A stretch of 42,157 nt of DNA, from NCBI GenBank assembly GCA_041577935.1, contig JBFGIA010000002.1:1-42157 (forward strand). The letters are read 5' to 3'. Below are positions 25,480-34,011 of the stretch, one piece after another. Each line of letters starts with the position of its first letter. Within the stretch, counting starts at the first letter, position 1. Made by a program: the position numbers and the translations under genes. The DNA comes from Gemmatimonadota bacterium (GTDB taxonomy: Bacteria > Gemmatimonadota > Gemmatimonadetes > JACCXV01 > JAHWKZ01). The notes under the pieces are model-generated. The model was not told the origin of the DNA and did no database searches. It saw only the letters and a program-made list of their open reading frames with translations.

Positions 25480-26781
25480 TTAGAAATCACGTCGAAGCCT
25501 GACAATAAACCGGGGACTGCTATTCGATAGATCCAGGTCGGTCACCCGCTGGGCGACGAAGAACCCCAGGTACGAGAAGAGGTTGATACCGGAGATACCC
25601 ACTCCAACGTCGGCGTGCCACTTTTCGTAGTCGTCGACCGCACCGACATCAGCGAACCCGACCAGATGCCACGACAGGAATATGAGCGCGATGCGCCGAT
25701 TGACCGGCAGGGGAAAGCGCACCTCGGTTGATGCCTGGACGCCCTCCTCACCGACGAAAGCGGCGGTCGGAAAGCCACGCAGCGAGCCTGGACCGCCGAG
25801 ACGCACCAGCCGCTGGGGGGGCACACCTCGATCGGTGAGCGCTCCTAACCACAACACCTGCCAGTCCCACCAGGTGTCACGCCCGAACCGGGTGTAACGC
25901 CGGATATCGACAGCGCCGCGCACAAAGTCGATGTCGCCGCCAACAAACCCGCCGCCCCGCTCCCACTCGCCGCCGACAAACCAACCCGGCGCCGGCAGCA
26001 GCGGGCTCTGGACATCCCGCCCGTCGTACCTGAAAGACAGCGTCAAGCTATGGAGCTTGCCGGTGGCGACGCTCGGGTTGTTGCGGTAATCGTCGTCATC
26101 AAAGAGCGCGAACGGCGAGCGATTTCGCTCGCTGTGCTGGGACGCGTTGAGGAACGTCGCGCGCCCCCCAAACCGACCGCTGGTGGCCTCGGCGTCGACC
26201 GATGCCGTGTACCCTTTTTCTCGCCACCAATCGAGTAGGTCGTTCCCAGCAAAAAACGTGTCGAGGTCGTTCTCGCGCTTGGGTACGCGCCAATCGTCGA
26301 ATGTCGCTTGCCTCTGAAAGTGCTCGTAACGAACGACGACGGCACCGGGAACGGGCAGCCGGTGCTCGACCCAGCCGCTCCAGTACGTTCGCCGATGGGT
26401 CGTCGCGATCCCGATCTTGCCGCCCAGGTTTGGGGTGGTCTGCGGATCGGTCGCTTCCAGCGTGAGTCCCCAGGCGGGTGCGAGGCCTGATACTCGGTTG
26501 TAACGCAGAATCGAGAAACCGTACAGACCATCGAGTGATGGCAGCCAGCGGGGCGGGCTTTCAGTGGTCACGATCTCGGAAAGGATCGGCAGCGTGGGCC
26601 GAGGGGTTGGCGTGACGTCGACCGGGATCGAGTCGATCGGCACCGGCTCCGCGGGTCGCTTTTCGGGCTCCTGTCCTAGCGCAGTCGCGGGCGTCAACCA
26701 GATCACCGCGAGACACACGGCGATGTTGATCCGATTGAGCGTCAGTTTGCGTCGACTGATCACTGGGGGGGAGCGATCCAA
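25480..26781 (-). CDS. Omp85-superfamily (Bac_surface_Ag) outer-membrane beta-barrel without recognisable POTRA domains
   Basis: 433 aa with a signal peptide (..INIAVCLAVIWLTPATALG-QEP), RLGGPGSLRGFP, alternating beta pattern and a terminal ..RLRRDF. The alternative start GTG 26763 gives a canonical GTGA overlap with the upstream stop. Confidence 0.7.
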   Translation of the reverse strand: MDRSPPVISRRKLTLNRINIAVCLAVIWLTPATALGQEPEKRPAEPVPIDSIPVDVTPTPRPTLPILSEIVTTESPPRWLPSLDGLYGFSILRYNRVSGLAPAWGLTLEATDPQTTPNLGGKIGIATTHRRTYWSGWVEHRLPVPGAVVVRYEHFQRQATFDDWRVPKRENDLDTFFAGNDLLDWWREKGYTASVDAEATSGRFGGRATFLNASQHSERNRSPFALFDDDDYRNNPSVATGKLHSLTLSFRYDGRDVQSPLLPAPGWFVGGEWERGGGFVGGDIDFVRGAVDIRRYTRFGRDTWWDWQVLWLGALTDRGVPPQRLVRLGGPGSLRGFPTAAFVGEEGVQASTEVRFPLPVNRRIALIFLSWHLVGFADVGAVDDYEKWHADVGVGISGINLFSYLGFFVAQRVTDLDLSNSSPRFIVRLRRDF

Positions 26782-27539
26782 TCGAAAAAGCGTGGCTTAG
26801 CACGGCCTTCGACCGCCAACGCGCCGGCAAACCCCGCCCCCACGTCGACGTCGACCAGCGCCCAGCGGGTCGTCTCTTTTGGGCGACCTGGAACCGACAG
26901 GGTCGAGATCGACTCCCCCGGCTGCGACACGATCGAGAAACGGGAAAGCGCTGCCGGAAGGCCCATCGTGAGCTCGCGATCGCTGGCCTTTAGGTAGGCT
27001 TCCTTTCGTGTCCAGCAGGCGAAGAAGGCGGCTGGTCGGACGGCTATTGGGACCTCCCGGAGTGCCGCCACCTCGTGGTCGGCGAAGAACCGGTCGGCGA
27101 TGCGCTCGTAGGGGAAACCTCGTCTCAAGCGCTCGATGTCGATGCCGACCGAGCGGCCACGTGTCACTGCGACCAGCGCGACGTTACCCGAGTGAGCGAG
27201 GTTGAAGTCGATCGGGTCGTCGTCGCAAGTGTGGAGAAAAGGGCGCCCTGAAGGATGCAGACCCAAGCGCACCGCCGCTGGCGGCTTGCCGAGATAGCCG
27301 CCGAGGATCGCCCGTAACGCACCTCGCGCCGAGACAAACCGGTGTCGGTGGCCCGACAATCGGTAGCGAGTCGCCCTTCGGCGCTCGTCGGTCGACAGCA
27401 CTTCGTAAGCCCGCGCCAACGATGCGGGCGACAGATCAAGCTCGATTCGCCACACATGGACTTCGTCGTCGACGAGGCTGAGTTGTCGTGGTGGTGGGTC
27501 CCAGACCAGGCGAGGCTCCGGCGCTTTGGTGGTACGCAA
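26760..27539 (-). CDS. Sfp-type 4'-phosphopantetheinyl transferase
   Basis: 259 aa starting at TTG, with EVHVWRI, GRPFL, DFNLAHSGNVALVAV, VGIDIE, and FFACWTRKEAYLKA. Confidence 0.85.
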   Translation of the reverse strand: MRTTKAPEPRLVWDPPPRQLSLVDDEVHVWRIELDLSPASLARAYEVLSTDERRRATRYRLSGHRHRFVSARGALRAILGGYLGKPPAAVRLGLHPSGRPFLHTCDDDPIDFNLAHSGNVALVAVTRGRSVGIDIERLRRGFPYERIADRFFADHEVAALREVPIAVRPAAFFACWTRKEAYLKASDRELTMGLPAALSRFSIVSQPGESISTLSVPGRPKETTRWALVDVDVGAGFAGALAVEGRAKPRFFDWIAPPQ

Positions 27540-27557
27540 TGAGAGCGAACGATAGAC

Positions 27558-28379
27558 TTGAACCTAATGATGCAAGACTCGTTACGCACGATACTTCGGG
27601 CGGTTCGGGACGGTCATCTGGCAGTTGAAGACGCGCACCGAGAGCTCCAGGCCGTTTCCCCGCTCGAGACGCTTCCCTTTGCCACCATCGATCACCACCG
27701 GGCATCCCGGACCGGGTTTCCGGAGGTGATCTTCTGCAGCGGCAAGACCGTGACGCAGGTGGCGGAGATCGCGGCCCGAATGTGGGAGCGGTCGGGACGA
27801 TTGCTGGCCACCCGAGCCGACGATGAGCAGGCCGCTGCGATCCGAGCGGTGGTCTCGAGCGCCCGTCACAATCCGTTGGCGCGTACCGTTAGCGCGGGGG
27901 GTCCAGCACCGGCAGCGGGCCGTTCGGTGGTCGTGATGACGGCGGGCACCAGCGATCTCCCGGTAGCGGAAGAGGCGATCGAGACCGTGCGCATGTATGG
28001 TGAACCGGTGGTGCGGGTGGCCGACGTCGGTGTCGCCGGCATTCACCGCACGCTGTCGCACCAGGAGACGATGGCCGAAGCCGGCGTGGTCGTGGTCGGG
28101 GCTGGCATGGAGGGCGCACTGCCGTCGGACGCCGGAGGTTTGACCCCGGCGCCGGTCATCGCCGTCCCCACCAGCGTTGGCTATGGAGCCTCGTTTGGTG
28201 GCCTGACAGCGCTCTTGGGGATGTTGAACAGCTGCTCTCCGGGGGTTACGGTCGTCAACATCGACAACGGCTTTGGCGCCGGCGTGGCGGCCGCCCGGAT
28301 CAACGCGCTGCGCCGATCCGGGGTCGACTCGGGGTCGGCCGGCGACTCGATGGTCGAGGGGGAAGACGCCTGTGCCTGA
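27558..28379 (+). CDS. larB: LarB, nickel-pincer cofactor biosynthesis carboxylase/hydrolase (PurE/AIR-carboxylase-like)
   Basis: 273 aa with DHHRASRTGFPEVIFCSGKT, VVVMTAGTSDLPVAEEA, VGVAGIHR, GAGMEGALPS and VIAVPTSVGYGASFGG. The start is TTG 27558 or ATG 27567. Confidence 0.8.
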   Translation: MNLMMQDSLRTILRAVRDGHLAVEDAHRELQAVSPLETLPFATIDHHRASRTGFPEVIFCSGKTVTQVAEIAARMWERSGRLLATRADDEQAAAIRAVVSSARHNPLARTVSAGGPAPAAGRSVVVMTAGTSDLPVAEEAIETVRMYGEPVVRVADVGVAGIHRTLSHQETMAEAGVVVVGAGMEGALPSDAGGLTPAPVIAVPTSVGYGASFGGLTALLGMLNSCSPGVTVVNIDNGFGAGVAAARINALRRSGVDSGSAGDSMVEGEDACA

Positions 28380-28818
28380 GCACGAATATCCGATCTCGAG
28401 CGAGGACGACTCGACGCTGCCCCACGAAGTCGATTCGTACGACGACGAAGCGGCCGTCCCACCCCACAAAGCGAAACAGGTTCTGCTCGACCTGGCGCTG
28501 TTCTTGCCGCACTTTGCATTGTTGCTCAAACGGCTGTTGGCCGACCCGCGGGTCCCCAAGCGAAGCAAGCTCGTCCTGGGCGGCACGTTCCTGTACCTGG
28601 TCTCGCCGATCGACGTGGTCCCCGATTTCGTGCCCGGGCTGGGTCAGCTCGATGACATCGTGGTGGCGCTACTGGCGCTACACAGCGTTCTCAACCGCGT
28701 CGATGAGGACGTCGTGATCGAGCACTGGGACGGTCGTCGTGACGTGATTCTGGCGATCAGAGAGGGTGTCGCGGCTGTCGCTGCGCTGCTCCCGGGCAAC
28801 TGGGACTCGAAGGTCTGA
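28372..28818 (+). CDS. DUF1232 (YkvA-family) membrane protein
   Basis: GTG 28372 in frame with the track ORF, overlapping larB by 8 nt. Signature motif YLVSPIDVVPDFVPGLGQLDDIVV. Confidence 0.75.
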   Translation: MPEHEYPISSEDDSTLPHEVDSYDDEAAVPPHKAKQVLLDLALFLPHFALLLKRLLADPRVPKRSKLVLGGTFLYLVSPIDVVPDFVPGLGQLDDIVVALLALHSVLNRVDEDVVIEHWDGRRDVILAIREGVAAVAALLPGNWDSKV

Positions 28819-28898
28819 TCGAGGGGTCTTTTGTCGCAATCGATCGTTGCTGATCAAGCGGGCCAGCGGTAAATTTAAAGATTGACCGGAGGCGTCTC

Positions 28899-29789
28899 GT
28901 GATTCACAGCATGACTGGGTTCGGGCGCGGCGAGGCGCAGGTGGACGGTTACCAGTTTCTCGCCGAGATAAAGTCCGTCAATCATCGTTTTCTCAACACC
29001 AAGCTCCGACTTCCTCGGGAGTTCAGCCATCTCGAGAACACGTTGGTGGCGGAATGCGCCGAGCGTTGTGAGCGGGGTCATCTAGCGGTCAAGGTCGAGA
29101 TCGAGCCGACCGCCGGTGGCGGTTCGCAGGTGCCACGCTTGAACCAGCCATTGGTGGACGAGTTTCTGGAGATCGCCCGGAAACTCGGTAGCCGGGTCGA
29201 GGGTGGCGTCAATATGCAGACGCTGTTGTCGCTGCCCGGGGTCATAGAGTGGCATTCAGCTGGCGAGGCGCTCGACGACGACGCGTTCTTAGGTGGGGCT
29301 CGCGAGGCCCTCGGTGCGGCTTTGGATCAGCTCGTAGAGAGTCGCAGGACGGAAGGGGAGGCGCTGGAGCAGGAGTTTCTGAGCCGTCTCGAGACGATCG
29401 AACGGTGGCGCAAGATGATCGAGGAGCGAGCGCCGGAGCGCGAGCAACGCGAGCGGCATCGGTTGCGTGACAAAGTGCAGGCACTCGTACCGGAGCTAAC
29501 CGAAGAGCTCGACCACCGAGTGATGCAGGAGATCGTCCTGATCGCGGATCGGCTTGATATCAGCGAGGAGCTGATGCGGATGCGAACCCACATCGAGCAG
29601 TTTGGGTCGGAGCTTGCGGCCGTCGAAGGAGGGGCCGTCGGCCGCAAGCTGGCGTTCCTGATTCAGGAGATGAACCGCGAGGCGAACACCGTAGCGGCGA
29701 AGGCGAACAATGCCGAGATGCAGCAGGCCGCGATCGAGATCAAGACCGAGATGGAGAAGCTTCGCGAGCAGGCCGAGAACGTGGAATGA
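28899..29789 (+). CDS. yicC: YicC-family stress-induced protein
   Basis: 296 aa starting at GTG 28899, 6 nt after GGAGG. Contains SMTGFGRGE..IKSVNHRFL.. and a C-terminal EMNREANT..KAN. Confidence 0.85.
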   Translation: MIHSMTGFGRGEAQVDGYQFLAEIKSVNHRFLNTKLRLPREFSHLENTLVAECAERCERGHLAVKVEIEPTAGGGSQVPRLNQPLVDEFLEIARKLGSRVEGGVNMQTLLSLPGVIEWHSAGEALDDDAFLGGAREALGAALDQLVESRRTEGEALEQEFLSRLETIERWRKMIEERAPEREQRERHRLRDKVQALVPELTEELDHRVMQEIVLIADRLDISEELMRMRTHIEQFGSELAAVEGGAVGRKLAFLIQEMNREANTVAAKANNAEMQQAAIEIKTEMEKLREQAENVE

Positions 29790-30457
29790 GCGCCAAAGGT
29801 ACGACGCCGCCGTTTCCGATCATCTTGTCGGCGCCGAGTGGAGCCGGCAAGACCACGGTCGCGAACGAGATGCTGAAGCAGGACCCGCGGTTGCGGTTCT
29901 CGGTCTCGCTGACGACGCGCCCGCGTCGCGAGGGTGAGATAGACGACGGTGACTATCGGTTTGTCGACGCGGCCGAGTTCGAGCGCGCCAGGGACGCAGA
30001 CGAGCTGGCCGAGTGGGCGGTGGTGCACGGGCACCTGTACGGCACGCCGAGGGCTGAGATCGCCGCCGCGCTGGCGGAGGGCTTTTACGTCTTGCTCGAC
30101 GTCGACGTTCAGGGTGGCGTGCAGCTCATGCGGGCCTATCCCGACGCGGTGTCGGTGTTCTTGCTGCCGCCGTCGCATGCGGTCCTGGAAGAGCGCCTTC
30201 AGGGTCGTGGTACGGAGTCACCGGAGGCGATCCAGGCTCGTGTTGATGAGGCGCTAAACGAGATCGATTGCGTAGCCGATTATCAGTACGTGATCGTTAA
30301 TGAAGAGGTGCAGAGAACAGTCGAAGTGTTCGCCAGTATCATCCACGCCGAGGAGCATCGACGCGCTCGGCGTGATAGCCTACAAGAGTGGATCGATAGC
30401 CGCTTTCCCGATCGGGGACCAGTGGACGCGATCTGTGGATCAGGAGGGAATCGATGA
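29786..30457 (+). CDS. gmk: Guanylate kinase
   Basis: 223 aa with an ATGA overlap. P-loop (ILSAPSGAGKTT), TTRPRREGE, and YRF. Confidence 0.9.
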   Translation: MSAKGTTPPFPIILSAPSGAGKTTVANEMLKQDPRLRFSVSLTTRPRREGEIDDGDYRFVDAAEFERARDADELAEWAVVHGHLYGTPRAEIAAALAEGFYVLLDVDVQGGVQLMRAYPDAVSVFLLPPSHAVLEERLQGRGTESPEAIQARVDEALNEIDCVADYQYVIVNEEVQRTVEVFASIIHAEEHRRARRDSLQEWIDSRFPDRGPVDAICGSGGNR

Positions 30458-30666
30458 AGGTTTATACAGCAGGAGAGATCGCCGCCGCGACCTCGGGCGA
30501 GAACAAGTACGAGTCGATCATGGTCGCGGCTGCTTATGCGCGTAAGCTCAACGAGCTGCCCAAGGAGGGCGGCAAGGAGTGGAAGAGGAAGTACACGACA
30601 CGTGCGTTAGAAGACCTCGTTTCCGGCGAGATCGACTACGCAGTCGTAGATAAGAGGTCACCATAA
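30454..30666 (+). CDS. rpoZ: DNA-directed RNA polymerase subunit omega
   Basis: 70 aa with an ATGA overlap onto gmk (classic gmk-rpoZ order). NKYESIMVAAAYARKLNE and TTRALEDLVSGEI resemble the RpoZ core. Confidence 0.75.
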   Translation: MKVYTAGEIAAATSGENKYESIMVAAAYARKLNELPKEGGKEWKRKYTTRALEDLVSGEIDYAVVDKRSP

Positions 30667-31919
30667 CCGAGCCCCAACCATTCGCTGGCCGGGTCATTAC
30701 CCTCGGTGTCACGTCCGGCATCGCCTGCTACAAGGCGGTCGATCTGATGCGCGATCTGCAGCGCGCGGGGGCGCGAGTCCGTGTCATCGAGAGTGCGTCA
30801 GCGGCCGAGCTCGTGCGGCCGGCGCTGTTCGAAGCGTTGAGCGGGGAGCAGGTCGGGACCTCGCTCTGGGAGGGATGGTCCCACGACGAGGAAGGAGCCT
30901 ACGCACAGTTCCCGCACCTCGACTTCGCCCGCGGCATCGATGCGCTGGTCGTCGCCCCGGCTACCGCGAGCCTGCTCGGCAAGGCCGCGGCGGGGATCGG
31001 CGACGATCTGTTGACGACGACGCTGCTGGCGGTCGATCCGCGGAACACTCCGGTGGTGCTCGTGCCGACGATGAACGCGACGATGTACGCCCACCCGGCG
31101 GTGGTCGCCAACCGCGCCGTATTGCGCGAGCGCGGGTACTGGATCGTGACCCCGGACGAAGGACCGTTGGCGTGTGGCGAAGAAGGGATCGGCCGATGGC
31201 CGGGGAATCGATCGATCGTGGCGGCGCTCGATCGGGTCGTCAACGGCTCGACGCGTCTCGAGGGGCAACGCGTCGTCGTGACCGCCGGTCGCACCGAAGA
31301 GGACATCGACCCGGCGCGCACATTGACCAATCGCGCCAGCGGGCGGATGGGTTTCGCCCTCGCCCGGGCGGCATGGCGCGACGGCGCGGATGTCACCTTG
31401 ATTCATGGCCCGACGGAGTTGCCGACGCCACCGTTTGTCCGCACCGTCGCGGTGCGCACCGTCGACGAGATGGGAGAGGCGGTCCGAACGGCACTGCCCG
31501 GCGCGGCGCAGCTGTGGATGGCGGCGGCGGTCAACGATTGGGCACCCGATACGGCCGATCACAAGCTCAAGAAAGACGAGTGGGACGGCGTGCTTCGGCT
31601 CTCCCGAACCGAGGACATCCTGGCCCGCGCCGCCGCCGATCGAGATCCGATAACGGTGCTGATCGGCTTTGCGGTCGAGACCGATGACTTAATCGAGCGT
31701 GCGCGCACGAAATTGGCGTCGAAGGGCTGCGACTATATCGTCGTGAACAACCCGCTCGAAGAGGGTGCCGGCTTCGGTCACACCACGAACCGGGTGGCGT
31801 TGTTGGGCCGCGACGGAGCGATTACCGATTTTGAGTTGATGTCAAAGCACGAGTTGGCCGAACGGCTCGTGAACCACATTCTGGATCAGCAGAGCGCATT
31901 GACGACGGCCGAGAGGTGA
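30663..31919 (+). CDS. coaBC: Bifunctional phosphopantothenoylcysteine decarboxylase / phosphopantothenate-cysteine ligase CoaBC (Dfp)
   Basis: The track ORF starts at ATG 30747, but the conserved flavoprotein N-terminus FAGRVITLGVTSGIACYKAVDL is encoded upstream in the same frame (30681-30746). The only plausible initiator is ATA 30663, 5 nt after AAGAGG and overlapping the rpoZ stop. Downstream motifs: PAMN-like VPTMNATMY and CoaB-domain LTNRASGRMG. Confidence 0.85.
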   Translation: MTEPQPFAGRVITLGVTSGIACYKAVDLMRDLQRAGARVRVIESASAAELVRPALFEALSGEQVGTSLWEGWSHDEEGAYAQFPHLDFARGIDALVVAPATASLLGKAAAGIGDDLLTTTLLAVDPRNTPVVLVPTMNATMYAHPAVVANRAVLRERGYWIVTPDEGPLACGEEGIGRWPGNRSIVAALDRVVNGSTRLEGQRVVVTAGRTEEDIDPARTLTNRASGRMGFALARAAWRDGADVTLIHGPTELPTPPFVRTVAVRTVDEMGEAVRTALPGAAQLWMAAAVNDWAPDTADHKLKKDEWDGVLRLSRTEDILARAAADRDPITVLIGFAVETDDLIERARTKLASKGCDYIVVNNPLEEGAGFGHTTNRVALLGRDGAITDFELMSKHELAERLVNHILDQQSALTTAER

Positions 31920-32635
31920 GCGACCAAAGCGCGAGTCGCGAGGCGGTCGCACGGTTGGCGAGAGCCCGTGCTCTCGGTGAGCGTTTCTTGTATCGGACAG
32001 ACGAAGTGGGCGAGGAGACGGTAGGCGCGACCAGCACCGCCCCGGACGAGACCAGTTTTGACGCCGCCGGATGGGAGGCGTTGGAGCAGGAAGTGCTGGG
32101 CTGCACCAAGTGCGAGCTCCACAAGACGCGAACCCAAGGCGTTTTTGGCAGCGGAACTCCGCACACCGGTTTCATGATCATCGGCGAGGCGCCAGGTTAT
32201 TACGAGGATCAGCAGGGCGAGGCGTTCGTCGGCAAGGCGGGTCAACTTTTGACCAAGATCCTGGCCGCGATCGGCTTCGAGCGGGACGAAGTTTTCATCA
32301 CCAATATCTTGAAGAGTCGGCCGCCCAAGAACGCCGACCCGACCCCGCAACAGGTCGCGGCATGTGAACCGTACCTCGAACGGCAGATCGAGATCATCAA
32401 TCCGGCTGTGATCCTCGCACTCGGTCGTCATGCGGCGCGCACGCTGTTGGGCGTCGACGGCTCCATGGCTTCGCTCCGTGGTCGCGTGTTCGAGTATCGG
32501 GGTGTACCGTTGGTAGCGACGTATCATCCAGCAGCGCTGCTCCGAAACCCGAAATTCAAGCGTCCGACATGGGAGGATGTTCAGTTGGCCAAAAAGGTGT
32601 ACGACGAGGAGCTGCAAAAGCGGGCTGCGCAATGA
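31916..32635 (+). CDS. Family-4 uracil-DNA glycosylase
   Basis: 239 aa with a GTGA overlap. Contains GCTKCELHKTRTQGVFGSG, MIIGEAPGYYEDQQGEAFVGKAGQLL, and TYHPAALLRNP. Confidence 0.85.
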   Translation: MSDQSASREAVARLARARALGERFLYRTDEVGEETVGATSTAPDETSFDAAGWEALEQEVLGCTKCELHKTRTQGVFGSGTPHTGFMIIGEAPGYYEDQQGEAFVGKAGQLLTKILAAIGFERDEVFITNILKSRPPKNADPTPQQVAACEPYLERQIEIINPAVILALGRHAARTLLGVDGSMASLRGRVFEYRGVPLVATYHPAALLRNPKFKRPTWEDVQLAKKVYDEELQKRAAQ

Positions 32636-34011
32636 CCGACGGCGTGGCCACGATCCCTTCCTCGATTGTTACCCCGACTGGGGCCGAGCGAGTTCCGCCA
32701 CACAGTGACGAAGCCGAGATCTCGGTTCTCGGCGGGATGTTGCTGGAGGAAACAGCCGCCGATCGCGCCATGGAGATCCTTGACCAGGAGGACTTCTACC
32801 ACCCGGCCCACCGGCGGATCTTTTCGGCTATCAACGCTCTTCGCGATCAGGGCCACGCGCCGGACGCGCTCACGGTGCGCGAGGAGCTTAACCGCTTGGG
32901 ATCACTCGAAGAGGCCGGCGGCGAGGAGTACCTGGCGCGCATCGTCGAAATCGTGCCGACCGCTGCCAACATCGATTACCATGCACAGTTGGTGCTCGAT
33001 TCCGCCGTCAAGCGGCGGCTGATCCTCGCCGGCACCGACATCGCCAGCGACGCGTATCGCTCTACCGACCGCTCCGACCAACTGTTGAACCGCGCCGAGG
33101 AAAAGATCTTCCGCTTGTCGGAGCACCGTTTCAAGAAGTCGTTCACCGCCATCGGCCAGCTCCTTCAGGGTGCGCTGATGCAGCTCGAATCGCTTTCAGC
33201 GCAAAAGGAAGCGATCACCGGAACGGCGACTGGCTTTCGCGATTTGGACGAGTTCACCGCCGGTTTTCAACTCAGCGATCTGATCATTGTGGCCGGCCGC
33301 CCATCGATGGGGAAGACGAGCTTTGCGCTGAACGTTGCCGCCCACGCGGCGATCGTGGAGGACCTCCCGGTCGCGGTCTTCAGCCTTGAGATGTCGATGG
33401 AGCAGCTCGTTCAGCGGCTGATCAGCACCGAAGGAGGTGTGTCGCTCAAGACGTTGCGCACCGGTCAGGCTTCGAGCGACCAGTGGAAGAACGTCGCTGA
33501 TGCCTGTGAACGGCTGCGCCGCGCCGCGATTTACATCGACGACAGCGGTTTGCTCAACGTGCTCGAGATGCGGGCTAAGGCGAGACGCCTCAAACAACAG
33601 CGCGACATCGGAATGGTGATCGTCGACTACCTGCAGCTCATGGAGAGCGGTACCCGTGCCGAGAGCCGTCAGCAGGAGATCACCGAGATCAGTAGGTCGC
33701 TCAAGGCGCTATCCAAGGAGCTGAACATCCCGGTGGTCGCGCTGTCGCAGCTATCGCGTGGACCCGAGCACCGTGCCGATCAGCGACCGCGATTGGCGGA
33801 TCTCAGGGAGAGCGGGTCGCTGGAGCAAGATGCCGACGTGGTGATCTTCCTCTACCGCGACGAGTACTACCATCCCGAAACCGAGAAGCAGGGAATCGCG
33901 GAAGTGATCGTGGGGAAGAACCGCAATGGGCCGACGGGGTCGATTGAGCTCGCGTTCTTGAGCGAGTACATGCGGTTCGAGAACCTCGACCCCTTCCACA
34001 CGACTCCTTGA
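32632..34011 (+). CDS. dnaB: Replicative DNA helicase DnaB
   Basis: ATG 32632 (ATGA overlap). Contains PPHSDEAEISVLGGMLL, Walker A (GRPSMGKTSFALN), IVDYLQLM, and LSQLSR. Confidence 0.95.
   Translation: MTDGVATIPSSIVTPTGAERVPPHSDEAEISVLGGMLLEETAADRAMEILDQEDFYHPAHRRIFSAINALRDQGHAPDALTVREELNRLGSLEEAGGEEYLARIVEIVPTAANIDYHAQLVLDSAVKRRLILAGTDIASDAYRSTDRSDQLLNRAEEKIFRLSEHRFKKSFTAIGQLLQGALMQLESLSAQKEAITGTATGFRDLDEFTAGFQLSDLIIVAGRPSMGKTSFALNVAAHAAIVEDLPVAVFSLEMSMEQLVQRLISTEGGVSLKTLRTGQASSDQWKNVADACERLRRAAIYIDDSGLLNVLEMRAKARRLKQQRDIGMVIVDYLQLMESGTRAESRQQEITEISRSLKALSKELNIPVVALSQLSRGPEHRADQRPRLADLRESGSLEQDADVVIFLYRDEYYHPETEKQGIAEVIVGKNRNGPTGSIELAFLSEYMRFENLDPFHTTP

Noticed and set aside
30454-31919. 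Programmed -1 frameshift fusing rpoZ to coaBC to explain the missing start codon.
   Set aside because: There is no slippery heptamer in 30651-30666, and the coaBC frame has a stop at 30651-30653 only four codons upstream of the ATA. An SD at proper distance favours independent initiation.
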